From: Carcharhinus amblyrhynchos
Taxonomy: Eukaryota
Length of the DNA: 64,000 bases
Assembly: GCA_965287045.1 (NCBI GenBank)
Contig: OZ336880.1
Location: forward strand, 46,562,001 to 46,626,000
Direction: 5' to 3'
The notes below the pieces were generated by a model. The model had not been told where the DNA came from and did not search any database. It saw only the letters and a program-made list of their open reading frames with translations. This document shows positions 1-13,020 of the stretch, in pieces (positions within the stretch are counted from its first letter, which is position 1; every line of letters begins with the position of its first letter). A program made the translations under genes and the position numbers.

Positions 1-3000
1 CAAACTCCCTTCACTCTCCCTAAATCCTCCAACCTCCCTTCCAAACTCTCTTAATCCTCCTATAGTCCCTTCAAACTCCCTCCAAATTCCCTCTACTCTC
101 CCTCAATCCTCCTTGAAACTCCCTCCACTCTCAATCCTCCCCACTGCCTCCACTCTCTCAACCCTCCCTCAACTCCTCTATACTTCCTCCCTACTCCCTT
201 AACTCCCTCCACATCTCCTATACTCCCTCAACACACCCCAACACTCCCTCAACTCCCCTATACTCCCTCCACATGCCCTCAATTCCCTCAACACTCCCTC
301 CACTTCTCCTATACTCCCTCTACACTCCCTCAACCCTCTCCACACACTCTCCATTTCTCCTATTCTCGCTCAACACTCCCTACACTCTCTTATACTCCCT
401 CCACATCCTTCAATTCCCTCAACACTCCCACCACTTCTCCTATACTCCACATTCCCACAACTCTCATCTCAACTCCCTCCACTCCTCTTATACTCCCTCC
501 ACACTCCCTTAGCTCCTCCTGTATTCCCTCCACATTCCCTTAGCTCCTCCTATACTCCCTCCACACTCCCTCAACTCTCCTACAATCCTCCTACACTCCC
601 TCAATTCCATCTGCATCTCCTCCTAGACACCCTCAACTCTCCCACAACTCCTCCTATACTCCTTCCACTCTCCTTCATCTCCTCCTATACTCCCTTCACT
701 CTCACTCAACTCCTCCTATACTCCCTCCACTCTCCATCAACACTACCTCAACTCCTACACTCCCTCAACTCCCTCCAAAACTTCTCCTATACTCCCTTAA
801 CTCTCCCTCCACTCCCTCTTCAGTCCATCAACTCCCCTATACTCAATCCACACCCCTTCAACGCCCCCTACACTCCATCCACAATCCCTCACCTCCCCTA
901 CATTCCATCCACACTCCCTTAACTCCGCCACACTCCATCTACACTCCTTCAACTCTCCCTATGCTCCATAGACAGCACGGTGGCACAATGGTTAGCAGTG
1001 CTTACAGTGCCAGGGACCTGGGTTTGATTCCTGGCTTGGGTGATTGTGTGGAGTTTGCACATCTTCCCTGTGTCTCCGGGTAGTCTGGTTTCCTCCCACA
1101 GTCCAAAGATATGTGGGTTAGGTGAAATGGCCATGCTAAAATGCCCCTAGAGTAAGGGGGACTAGCAGGGTAAATACGTGGGGTTATGGGGAAAGGGCTT
1201 GGGTGGGATTGTGGTCAGTACAGACCCAATGTGCCAAATGGCCTCCTTCTGCACTGCCAATTCAATTCCATCTACAGTCTCTTAACTTTCCCTACACTCC
1301 ATCTACACTCCCTCAACTCCCCCACACTCCATCAACTCCCCCTACACTCCCTCAACTCCCCCTACACTCCATCTACACTCCCTCAACTCCCCTTCACTCC
1401 ATCTACACTCCCTCAACTCCTCCTACACTCCATCTACACTCCCTCAACTCCCCCACACTCCATCAACTCCCCCTACACTCCCTCAACTCCCCCTACACTC
1501 CATCTACACTCCCTCAACTCCCCTTCACTCCATCTAAACTCCCTCAACTCCTCCTACACTTCATCTACACTCCCTCAACTCCCCCTACACTCCATCTACA
1601 CTCCCTCAACTCCCCCATACTCCATCAACTCCCCCTACACTCCCTCAACTCCCCCTACACTCCATCTACACTCCCTCAACTCCCCTTCACTCCATCTACA
1701 CTCCCTCAACTCCTCCTACACTCCATCTACACTCCCTCAACTCCCCCTACACTCCATCTACACTCCCTCAACTCCTCCTACACTCCATCTACACTCCCTC
1801 AACTCCCCTACGCTCCATCTACACTTCTTCAATGTCCCGTACAGTCCACCACACTCCCTCAACTTCCCCCTTGCCCCCTCAACTTCCCCTGCACTCCACC
1901 CACAGTCAACTCCCCCTACATTCCACCTGTACTCATTCAACTCCCCTACACTCCATCTACACTTCCTCAACTCCACCTACACTCCACTTACACTGTCTCA
2001 ATTCTCCTACTTTCTGTCTACATTCACTCAACTCCCCCTACACTCCCTCCACACTCCCTCAACTCCCCTACACTCCCTCAACTCCTCTACACTCAATCTA
2101 CATTTCCTCAACATCCTCCACACTCCGTCAGCAATCCCTCAACTGCCTCAATGTCCTCCATACTTCCCCTGCACTCCCTCCACACTTCTTAACTGCCTCA
2201 ACTCCTCTTAAACCCTCTCTATGCTCCCTCCAGTCGTCTACACTTCCTCCACTCCCTCAACTGCCATTACACTCTATCTACACACTCTCCACACTCCTCC
2301 TACACTCCCTCCATTCCCTCAACTCCTCTACACTCCAACTGCCTCAACTTCCTCCACATTCCCTCAACAATCCCTCAACTGCCTCAACTCCCTCCACAGC
2401 CTCCCTAGATTTCCTCCATACCCCCTACACTCACTCCACACATTTACACTCCCCTATACTTGTTACACTGCCTCAGTTCCCTATGCTCCTTCTATACTTC
2501 CTCAACTCAACACTCCATCTACATTCCCTCCAGATGTTTACATTTCCCTACCCTCCTTACACTTCCTCAGCTCCCCTACACTCCTCTACACTTCCTCCAC
2601 TCCATCTACACTCAACTCCCCCTACACTCCAACGTTCCCTTAACCTCCCTACACTCCATTTACACTCCCTCAACTCCCCTTACACTCCATCTACACTCAC
2701 TCAACTCCCCTTATACTCCATCTACATCCACTCAACTCCCCCTACACTCTCAACTCCTCCACATTCCATCTACACTCTCTCAATTCCCCCACACTCAACT
2801 CCCTCTACACTGCCTCAATGCTTCTACACTTTCTCTATACTCCCATACACTCTGTTCACACTCTCCAACTTCTCCTATATCCCTTCAACTCCCCTATACT
2901 CCCTCTACACTCACTCAACATTCACTCCTCTCCCTCAACTCCTCCACACCCCCTACACTCTCTCAACTCCTCCTACACTCCCTCTAAGCTCCTCCGCAGC

Positions 3001-3450
3001 CTCAACTCCTCAGCATTCCCTCAACACTCCCTCCACTGCTTCAACTCTCCCTCCACAATCCCTCCACTGCCTGGATTCCTCCACACTCCCTCTACATCCC
3101 TCCACTCCTCTACACTCTACACTCCCTGCCCTCTCATCACTCCTTTACACTCCCTCATCCCCTCCACATTCTCCCTACACTCCCTCAACTCCTCTTACAC
3201 TCCCTCAACTCTTCCAAACTGCCTCAACCCCTCCACACTGCCTCTACACTCCCTCAATGCCTCCACACTGCCTCTACATTCCCTCAACCCCTCCACACTC
3301 CCTCAACCCCTCCACACTCCCTCTACACTTTGTCAACTCCTCCGCACTCCCTCTACTCCTCCACACTCCCTCTCCACTCTCTCCACTTCCTCAACTCCTC
3401 CACACATCCTCCGCTGCCTCAACATCACCCCCTACGCGCCCCCCACCCCC
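1..3450. repeat. C-rich minisatellite / low-complexity array built from ACTCCCTCA, ACTCCATCTAC and ACTCCCCCTAC modules (about 31-bp basic unit)
   Basis: Directly visible tandem array, almost G-free on the + strand. It is homogeneous at about 1290-1810 and degenerate towards both ends. It explains the overlapping P/S/T/L/H-rich ORFs in all three + frames. Confidence 0.95.
971..1263 (+). mobile_element. tRNA-derived V-SINE (HE1-like shark SINE) inserted in the minisatellite
   Basis: A-box TGGCACAATGG, B-box GGTTTGATTCC, core TGTGTGGAGTTTGCAC...GGTTTCCTCCCACAGTCCAAAGA, and CR1-like tail AATGGCCTCCTTCTGCACTG. Confidence 0.9.
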
Positions 3451-6400
3451 GCCGCAAAAAATCCCTCCACAGCAAAGGCTCACATCCTAATCAGACTAAT
3501 GCGAAGCCTTTCTTTGCCAACATTATAACGTCGTGCTTTTATGACCTGAACTGAGACATTTTGTGATCAGTTTAGAATGACTCATACCTGCCACACACGA
3601 TTGCGCCTAACTAGTTTTGTAAGTATCCGCAGCTGTTGCCAAAAATGTGATGGTTTTAATGTCATGATCTTACAGTATTGGTAGCTGCTGTAAGATGTTA
3701 TTTTTTAAATTTTACGCCTCAAGGATACACTTCTTTATTGCATTAAAGATCTGACATAGAAGCAACTTATTGCATTAACTTCACCATCTAAAAAGCAACC
3801 ACTTCAGAGAGTAACTTGTTGATTTCATAATGTTGGCGATGAGTTTGGGGGTAGAAATGGAGGTAGTGAATGATAATGTATCGAGTGAGAAATTAACGGA
3901 GCTTGGTCATAATGTAAACAAGCTGCAGATGGTACAAGAATCTGATGTAGAAAGAAACTGGAACCAATATGATATTTTTAATGACCTATATTGAAATAGA
4001 CTCCAGGAGAAACATTTCCGGAGGCTTTCCTTTGCTCAAAACTGAATAAGAACGGAGGGGGAGGGGGGAATAATACAATAGATAATAAGATAACGGTAAA
4101 GCTAGCAAGCGGCCCAACTGTTACAACTGTGTTACTGTACCATCATTATAAGGACTAATATAAACATGCAATTTACGACAAAATCAAAGCATGTGAGCTA
4201 TAATATAGAAAAGTCTGTTGAACGCTGTACTCACTTAAAAGGTATTTACTGTAGTTATTAACAAGATATCGCTTGTGTGGCAGCGAAACTGCATCTACCA
4301 CTGAAGTGAAACGGTGAAAGAGCACGCGTGCATATGCAGCAGTTAGTGATTCATTTGATTAAATGCCAGTCTCAAGAGCTCTGATAAACAGCTGAAGGCG
4401 CCTCCTATTAGCATAACTCTGATACTTAATTTTCATACGCATAATTAGCCATATATTTAACACCAATTGCAACATCCAATCCTTTCATCGTTAAACAAGT
4501 GAGCCTAAACCATAGCAGAGAGATGCCTGTATGCGGGGCACCAGATTAAAAATATCATGCAGCATATCGGTAATGTACGGAGGTTTTTGTATGCCACATG
4601 CGACCCGAGAATGATATGAAATATCTAGAAAAGCATACTTCAATGTGGGAGATTAATTGCACTGTTTTGTTTGAAGGGTGAATAAAAGGTACTTAAAATG
4701 CATTTTCGGGTTTAAATACTTCACATACAGCGATAAACGGTGTAATTTGAATCCTGATGAGACGCTGGCGGCCAGTAAGTGTAAGGCATGGCTGATGTAA
4801 TACAAATGCATACATCTGGAATAAAGAGTATTAAAAGCTTAAGTGATTTTTAACGCTCAGATATTTTTCAATGATAAAATGTCGATTTTTAACATGCGTC
4901 GAACACTTCCGAAGTTCTGGGCATTTATTTTTCCATAATCCATTCTCCTCGATTTCCCTCCTTTCCGTTGGGAGAATCAGATTATGATTTGGGTTTTCAC
5001 CTAGTTTAGACAGTAGCTGATTACACTCTCTGTTTATATGTAATCTAACGGTAGTCATTCCATAACATTTAACTTAACAACGCCGATCCACGAAACGATA
5101 ACAAAAGGTATTTAACTTCTCAAGGCATATATAATTAATGACAAAAAACAAGCGAGGAGCGAATTCTTAAGAATTGCTGCAAGACAGAATTCCCAGTAAA
5201 AAATGTGCTTTCACCAAGTCAGCAAATAACCCCGTTACATTTATATTTCTGCAACGCAAGCTGAGATGTACGCACATCTGCAATTATCGATGAGGCATTT
5301 TGGTTCTGTAATCATAACTGGAAATCATAACTGGAAGCCGTCTTTACAAAAGTTCAGAATTCGGAAGAAATGCATGTTTCCGTCTGATTAATTAAAATAA
5401 AATCTTTTAGCATTTTATTAAGAAGGTCGTGGAGAGAAATGACACAACTTCTCAGTAACCCTCAAGTCATTGCCTTGTTGTTGTACTACTGTTTCAAAAG
5501 GTTCTGCGAATTCAGATTTTTTTTTACTGTCCCGCTGTTATTAAATTTTCCCCACAGGATCAGCAAGTGAAAACTCTTTCTCGTACCAACCCATTGCTTC
5601 ACCTAACGTCACCACCGCAGTAAAACAACTGAAGAATTGACCGTGAAAATTTATATGTCAGCTGCACAATAATGCCCGGCCCTGAATGAAATATTTAATT
5701 ACAATCAACTGTTTAGGTCTATTCTGTCTTTTGAGTAAGTCTGTCCGTGGCCAAGCCAATTAAGCACTAAAATTGCGGCTCCACAAATTGATATGCATAT
5801 TTATGCATGTGTTAGGTTCATAAAAATATTTGTACTGCAGGCATGTTCAACATCTCTCGCTGCCAATGAAGCTTATTAGTGTGTGTTTTGTTTACAGAAA
5901 CGAGTGACGTGCAAAAGATATCCATTTAAGAGTCCAAAAAAATCATATTTCCCAAACTTATGCTTTAGCTGCAGAAGCATCATATTTTTATGAGCTTTGA
6001 ACAGTTTCTAAGCTTAAGAGGAAGTCTAGTTAAACCACGTGTAATATACAATTAAAACACTTCATTTCAAATATATTCGATTCAACAAATGGTTCAGCAA
6101 TGTTACATTAAACTACTTATCTTAATATTTAAGATATAGCAAATTACTCAATTTTAGAAGCATATTGTATATTCATTGAATTACAACTCTTACAACTATT
6201 TACTTCGAACAAAAAGGACGGAGGGGAAACAAATCAAGTGATCTCGATAATAGCTAGAATCTGATTGCATTTCTCTGAGTGAAGAATTCGGCGCAAATAT
6301 ACTTTCCGAGTGGAATCGCGGAGATCTGTCTGTGCATCCATCGGCAGCTAAAACAGAAAGATTTCAGCACCTGTTTCGGGTGAAACTTATACCACGAACA

Positions 6401-9181
6401 GTTCAGTTGTCGATTTGGTTCAATTCCTCTAATATTTAAAATGAACAGAGACGTTTTTATCTAAAGATCTTGTAAACAGGCAGAATTAATCTGCTCTGAA
6501 ATTCACTCGGGGCTAACGTGACAATCTTACTTAATTCTTCCGACGTGTGTGTGATTGTGTCCAGATGCCACACGAATTCCATCAGCACCGAGACCCATTT
6601 CCCCAAGTTTTTTAAAATGGATAAAAATCTACAGCGCAACAAATCCATACATTCGAATATGTATTGATCCATCATCGTTGTTTTGGGTTTCTCGTTCCGT
6701 GTGAAAACTGACCGATTCAAGTCTGACCACAATTGTTTGCAAAGTCACTTGTAAAACGAGGGCTGTTAATCACAGTGCTGCTTTAATAGCATCAAAAGTA
6801 TGTTCAATACAGGATCCGCGTGTAATATTTTAACTTGTTTGCATAAGCACATGCGTTCCAAAGAAAACTGCCAGTCCAATTTGGGAATAAATATATTTCT
6901 TATAAAACTATAATTAACAACACAACACCACGTTACGTATGATCTTTATCAGTCAGCGTGTTTAAAAACACCTACACGTAAGCTCTGACTATCCTCAAGT
7001 GCGTTACCATAATTAATGAATTAATTACATGCACAATTAAAGTGACAAATCTCGTTTCTACATTTCTATGCTTTTACGACATTCAACCCACTTATAAAAA
7101 GGTTTCATATTAAGAACCAGGGCCCGGTAAGAACCAGGATCCAGTAGGAAAGATGAAAACATTCTTTGGTTTGATCAACTTGATTTGTTTTTCTGATAAA
7201 TAAAAACTGACGGCAATCAGAATTGAAAACAAAATGGTGTAAACTTTCAACAATTTTAACCCGTGAGAGAGAACATATAAACAAATTGAGACCCTGTATA
7301 TGTGACGAGGGAACCCAGCCAAATAATTCTAAGTAATCGATTATTATTTTCTTGCTGGGTCTGGTTACAGTTCTGTCTGTCTTTTCGCCCTTTCCAGTTT
7401 AATGCTGGACGTTTCACACTTAAATCTCTTCATATGAAAGCTTTCCCTCTTGCAGTGACCATTTATTTTACTTAGTCTTACTGTAAATGATACTGTGCAT
7501 TTTTTCAGCTTTGTTTGGCGACTTATTTTCAGTACATAGGATTCTACAAAATTAAACGCGCAATATCCATACAATGTGGTGCATTAGATATTACACAGAT
7601 GCCCTTTACAGGTTTACAATTTGTCCCGATAGGACAGATTGGGGTTACAATAGGCTATTGCCTCTATGTCGCAACAGGGCTCGGTGACAAGATTTACCTT
7701 CATCTAGGAAATAAAAGAGAAGCCAGTGTCCGCTGGCTGAGCAAAATAGGAACAAGTGGTTACCAAACGTCAGCTCCAGATATATCAATGAAGTGATAGG
7801 TCTTTAAATGATTCTAGATCGCATATTAATTTAGAAATATAGCTAAGGTAGAAAATTTCAACAGTTGTGGTTAAGGCATGAACGATCCCTGACGTGCAGT
7901 AGTTGATTCAGTTTTTGTGCAGTTTTACAAAAAAAACCCCAGAAAATTGCAGAAACAAAGTAATCCATGACCTTATCTCGAATGAGAAAATGTACTTTCA
8001 GATTCTAAAGGAGTTGGCAATGATCGTACATTTACCGAGAACGTGACGACCCTACTATGAGGGAGAATAGTCAAGCCCGATAGATAACTGGGGGAGTTAC
8101 ATTGATTAATCTGTTTCATTACAAAATGTAACACATGGCGATGATATTATAAAAATACAGTTTCGCATTTTAATTTATCCAATCACATAGCTTTTGATAC
8201 CTGTCGTCTGCGTATTCATAACTAATTATATCACAGTTTATTGCTAATCAATGTTTTAATGGACAATTTGAAAGCCTAACGATTTCTCCTGCCTTTTCCC
8301 TGTAATGTATAGACTGAAAACCCACCAGTTTGGATGGGATAAACAATTCCCGTCGTCATCAGCTTAATTACAGATTTCCCAATGTTCAGAACAAAGTGAA
8401 AATTATCAGTGCAATTGGAAAACCGCACCCAACTGACAAACATGGTTGGAGCGTTAAAAGCGCGTGACATGTACTGTCTGGAAACAGGGGGCTTTAAATT
8501 AATTCTATTAATTATTACGATTATCTGATGACGATGATACCACACATTTGACCACCATATATTGACACAAACTTTTCAACCAGTCAGTCCCGGGGCCATT
8601 GAACACCGACATCCATCATGTTTAACAACAATGGGTTAAAGATATTCTGATTAGATCAAATGCTCTTTCTTTAGACTCGGCGCTTTATAGCAATTCACAT
8701 TTTAGTTGGTAATGATTTGATTTGTTGTCGAAATAGTTAATTCCACGTGGATATAACACATGGTTAATAATGTGCTTCACAATCTGTAAATGAAGCGGGG
8801 TTAAAGTTGCCATTCGCAGCGTTTTTTATTGGTTTGTCTATTGGTTATGAAGATGCCGCCTTTCAGCAGCCGCCTTCCGCTTACATTGTTTAAAGTCAAA
8901 TTCAACTCAGTCCTTCATTTAAACGTCCGCAGAAGTTGCACCTTTTTTTAAAAAAAAACAGCTTTTAAACTCAATCTACAATAGGCGGCTATGCAACGCC
9001 CTGCCGATAATTCAAACTGTTTCATACTGTTCCTTCAAACCCATCAGCAAACGAATGGGAGCCGATCCATCTCCACACGTACGTAACATATACACAAGCT
9101 CGATGGAGCATTTCCCATTTCTCGACCAGCTGCAATTCTGGCACCAAATGCACATAACACAACATCATTATTTTCATAACA

Positions 9182-9187
9182 TTTATT
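9182..9187 (-). terminator. Candidate polyadenylation signal (AATAAA) for METAP1D
   Basis: TTTATT on + strand, about 210 nt after the stop codon, followed on the minus strand by a GT-rich tract (GATGTTGTGTTATGTG). A second AATAAA lies at 8825-8830. Confidence 0.45.
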
Positions 9188-9397
9188 AAGACCTCGCAGT
9201 AAACACGGTATGTCAGAAACGCTCTAAATGGAAGAAGTAGCCAATTCCAACGCACAAATTTCCTTCGGTCAATTTCGACCTTACTCCAATGAACCGAGCG
9301 TCCATCAGCAGCGTTAACAACTGAGCGGTCTTGAAATATACTCAGGACAGAAAGTCTTTTTAATACGCTGTCTGCAGCGAGTCCCCGATTTTCCAGT

Positions 9398-9482
9398 TTA
9401 CCCTTGATCTTCCTCTGGCAACTTGGTTAGGATTTCTACTCCTTTTGATGTAATTGCAATAGTATGTTCGAACTGCGCGGAT
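9398..9482 (-). CDS. METAP1D: METAP1D last coding exon
   Basis: Acceptor TTTTCAG, then (R)SAQFEHTIAITSKGVEILTKLPEEDQG*. This matches the MetAP1D C-terminus SAQFEHTVLIT..G..ILTKLP, including the metal-ligand Glu of QFEHT. Confidence 0.97.
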
Positions 9483-9631
9483 CTGAAAAGATAAGAATTT
9501 AATTTATAAAAATGTACCACTTGGGGAATAATGAAGCAAATATATTGAAAAGACGATTAATAGTAGGAAATATTGGTAGGATAAAACATAATTCCTAAAA
9601 ATAAAACAAACTACAAAGTAATTATCAGCAC

Positions 9632-9710
9632 CGAAGGTTGTCAGCAGATACTGCCGTCCACCCATCCTGTAAAATTCTGAATTCTGGGGATCCCTCCATG
9701 AGAATTGGTT
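9632..9710 (-). CDS. METAP1D: METAP1D penultimate exon (79 nt)
   Basis: Acceptor TTCTAG, donor GTGCTG. Encodes (E)PILMEGSPEFRILQDGWTAVSADNL(R). Phases match both neighbouring exons. Confidence 0.96.
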
Positions 9711-10299
9711 CTAGAATTAAAATGAAACATACAAGACAGTTAGACATCTGTCACAGGAAATGGGCACAGATGCCAAATGCATTTTCTTTCATGATTACTT
9801 AAGCAGCATAACAAAGTAAAAATGTAGCTGGAAGGTTAAAAGATAACATTAGTGGCAAATTTGGAGATTTTAAAATAGTATCCCTGGAAAGTAGGACTGA
9901 AAGACTTTTTTTCCAAGTGTAAAGTTAAAACAAACGTGAGCAAGAACTTAGTTTTTAAGACCTGATAAATGTTTTGTATAATCTGCAAATCAGGGTTTCA
10001 GAGACAAAGTATTGGGGTTGTTCAAAATACATTACACAAATTGTTTTATATTCATTGAATAGTTTATTAAAAGATTTAGAACCAATTTCAAAACTTTACA
10101 CCAATGTTGTGGTTACATAAATCAATGTAAAGTAGTTCTCTTAGCTGCCTTTATGTCAGAACGTTGACTCTATTTCATGCTGTGTCACCCACATTATAAT
10201 GGTTAATGGTGATATACTGCAGTATTGTGGTCTTAGCTCAGCCAAACCAGTTAAACTGCCGGGCATCAATGTTTAAAATATAGTTGTATGCTTGTATGG

Positions 10300-10620
10300 G
10301 AAAGGAACAGGAATAGGCTATTCAGCCCCTCAAACCTGTCCTGCCATTCAATTAGGAAACTATGCCTACCTGCCATGGTTCTTAACTCTTAATATACTTG
10401 GTGAACAAAAATCTATTTGCCTCAATTGTGCTTTGGAGGAAAGAGTTCAGGTTTCCACATCACCCTTGAACTGACTAGCTCTAATGTTAAGGTTATGTCT
10501 CCTTGCTTTGGACTTTTCCAGCAGAGGAAATGGTTTCTATCTACTCTATCAACTCCTTTGATCTTCTTAATCACCCCAATTAGATCACCCCTTATTCTCC
10601 TGTACTCAATGGATGAACTT
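10300..10620 (-). mobile_element. Old CR1 LINE 3' fragment
   Basis: Reverse of the CR1 3' end (GAATAGGCTATTCAGCCCCTC) and of the RRLRGDLI-coding stretch (AGATCACCCCTTATTCTCC). Confidence 0.7.
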
Positions 10621-11093
10621 CAATGGATTAAAAGGCTTTTCTCATCCTTCACTTATGATCTTCTGAAAAATTTTACTAATGACATGTACACATTGCTATT
10701 TTTCAATAAAGTGAATGAAAGCAGGGGGAAAAACATTAAACTACACACTAAAGTCTACAGGGTATAGTAATCACAAAGTATTTTATTCCACAAAAAATGC
10801 ACTGACAAAATAAAACTGATTTACTCCATAATACTTATCAGCAAATGAACTTTTAACAAATGTAAAATAAAATGCAATTGAAAAAAGTCAAGATTAAAGT
10901 AATATTAAGGCAGAAAAAAACCATCACGCAACTTGAGGTAATTTAATGCAAATAGAGTTGTAGAGTTTAAATGGATTTATTTTCTCAGAAAAAAATAGTG
11001 CAATTTTGCTTTTCTAGATTCCTGCACCAACTGGCTATTGGAAATGCATTTTATGCAGTGACAGTTATCAGGTAGAGTGATGACAATATTTAC

Positions 11094-11141
11094 CTATTGT
11101 AAACGTCATTCCCTCTTCCATCACCAGGTCATTGGTATTAG
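11094..11141 (-). CDS. METAP1D: METAP1D internal exon (48 nt)
   Basis: Acceptor AACAG, donor GTAAAT. Encodes (A)NTNDLVMEEGMTFTI(E). The metal-ligand Glu of FTIEP is split across the next junction. Confidence 0.96.
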
Positions 11142-12039
11142 CTGTTACAATGGCAGAAACAAAGTTTGTAGTTACTTATGCTGCTTATCGGAGAGGTACA
11201 TCAAGCCTAACAACTCAACATGACATAGACTGCTGAAAGTTCTTCATGCATTATCGTGCAGTTATCTCAATGTCTATCTATCCCTGCTGCTAAGTGGATC
11301 AAAACCTTTAATGAAAATTAAGGTCTATACAGGTAAATTTGCACTCAGTTGTGTGTGATTTAATACATTCACTGCATGTAACAACAATAAATCAAATCAA
11401 AAACATTTAATCTCCCATAACCTGAAATAACTGCAATGCTTAATTTTCAAATAAACAATTCAAAGGTTCATTTTTTGTTTGTTCTACAAAGCATCCCAGG
11501 ACAAAGTACACAAATCCCATTAATAAGACATACTTGTCAAAAATTCAACTTTATTAATAGAAAATGCTGTATTCACATAGGATAAATAAACTATTGCTTT
11601 TTCGCTCCTCCTTTCCACTAATGAAATAACATTATTTGTAATTTTAAGCAATTGCACTTTAAAACTTTCTCATATAAGCCACATAGAACCCTTTGTTTTG
11701 GCTCATGCTTTTTGTCCAATTTGCATTCAACATAAACTAAATGGCTTCACTTCAGCAAATATGTTCCTATTTAGAAAGTAACTGGATTGTTTTAAGGAAG
11801 TAGATGGTAAAGTCTATATTTCACAAACATTGACTTTTTTTTAAAGAGCTGGGACAATAATTCTAAAAGCAGGCCCAAATAAACCAGATGATAGGTTGGT
11901 TTTAGTAATTATGCACTCCTTTTCATAAGGAGAGCATCAAATCCAAATGCACAAACCCAATTTTAACAATTAAATGCTATAAACAGTCATCCATAAATAC
12001 TTTTGTTAGAAGATCTAAAGCAAATTTTAAAATTACACG

Positions 12040-12310
12040 GATTCTACTGTTCAACGTATTGTAAAAGAACCAGAAGGGGAATGAGGAGAAATTCCTTCAC
12101 ATAGCAATTTATAATCTGGGGTGTACTGTCTGAAGTGGTGGTGGAAACAGATTCAGTAATGTTCAAAATTTAATTAAATATATTTCAAAAGGATAAAATT
12201 ACAGGGCCACGGGGAAAGAGCAGAGGAGTCAGACTAATTTGGCAGCTCCTATAAAGAGTTGGGTCAGAGCTGATGGGACAAATGGCCTCCTCCTCTGCTG
12301 TAAGAAGCTA
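12040..12310 (+). mobile_element. CR1 LINE 3' fragment
   Basis: ATGAGGAGAAATTCCTTCACATAGC... followed by the tail AAATGGCCTCCTCCTCTGCTGTAA. Confidence 0.7.
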
Positions 12311-13020
12311 TTTAGATAAATGTGAAGCAGTTCTCTCAGCTAGCCTTACATCAGAAAGTTTATTCAATTTCATGCCGTGTTAAATGCACTGTGCTCACTG
12401 CACTCGGTCTACTGGTTTCCAGCTTGGGTCAACTAGGGATCACTGTGCAGGTACATGTAGCAGTGGAAATCATAAACATGACCTAGCTGACAGCTGAACA
12501 GGTATAGGATTTTCTGGAATGTACCAGTTTGAGTTAGGTGATATGACCTGGGAGGCTGGTAAAGTCAATACAGTTGGGTGCCACTCTTCCACAGGTTAAG
12601 GAGGGATCTTCTAGCTTATATTCTGAGGCAAAATCAGTCAGGGTTCCTGCACCTGGTAACTGCCAACTAGCACATGCTTGGAGTGATTGTGTGCAGTCTT
12701 CACTTGAAAGCTCACCAAGGCTAAACTTCAACCCCTCTGCATTAAAACAGCCTGCCAAAATTAGAATACATTTGAGTAAGTGGGTGAGGTAATGAAAGGC
12801 ATCCAAAGAACGGTATCCCAGCAAAGAGTTAATTCTTTTAGGAAAGAAGAGAGCAGAAAATTATCTGGAAAGTAAAAAGGCAAATAACATGCAAGCCAAT
12901 GAAAAGAAAAAAAAGGATCAATAACAATTACAATAACGAGTTTCCAAATTCCTCTGGCTTTGTCTGGAAGAATAACAAACACTGACATAAATCAGCAGCA
13001 GAGTTTTCATCCAGAATGTC

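Larger units (their letters stand above)
3450..9700. promoter_or_regulatory. CpG-retaining, transposon-poor domain downstream of METAP1D; probable hypomethylated regulatory region upstream of DLX1
   Basis: CpG is visibly frequent here despite AT-rich composition and drops sharply after about 9700. No recognisable SINE or LINE. TAAT-rich clusters are present. METAP1D-DLX1 synteny is known from other gnathostomes, so the DLX1 link is inference. Confidence 0.55.

Noticed and set aside
1290-1810. Regular repeat array considered as CRISPR-like or telomeric
   Set aside because: There are no unique spacers or cas genes, the context is eukaryotic, and the units are not TTAGGG.
1186-3528. Long ORFs of 341, 329, 552 and 236 aa, resembling mucin/extensin proteins
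   Set aside because: They are open in all three frames because the C-rich repeat rarely forms stop codons. Two of them start inside a SINE, and there is no splice or domain evidence.
3450-9300. DLX1 coding exon or homeobox within the window
   Set aside because: No homeodomain or DLX N-terminal sequence was seen in any frame, so DLX1 is inferred only from synteny.
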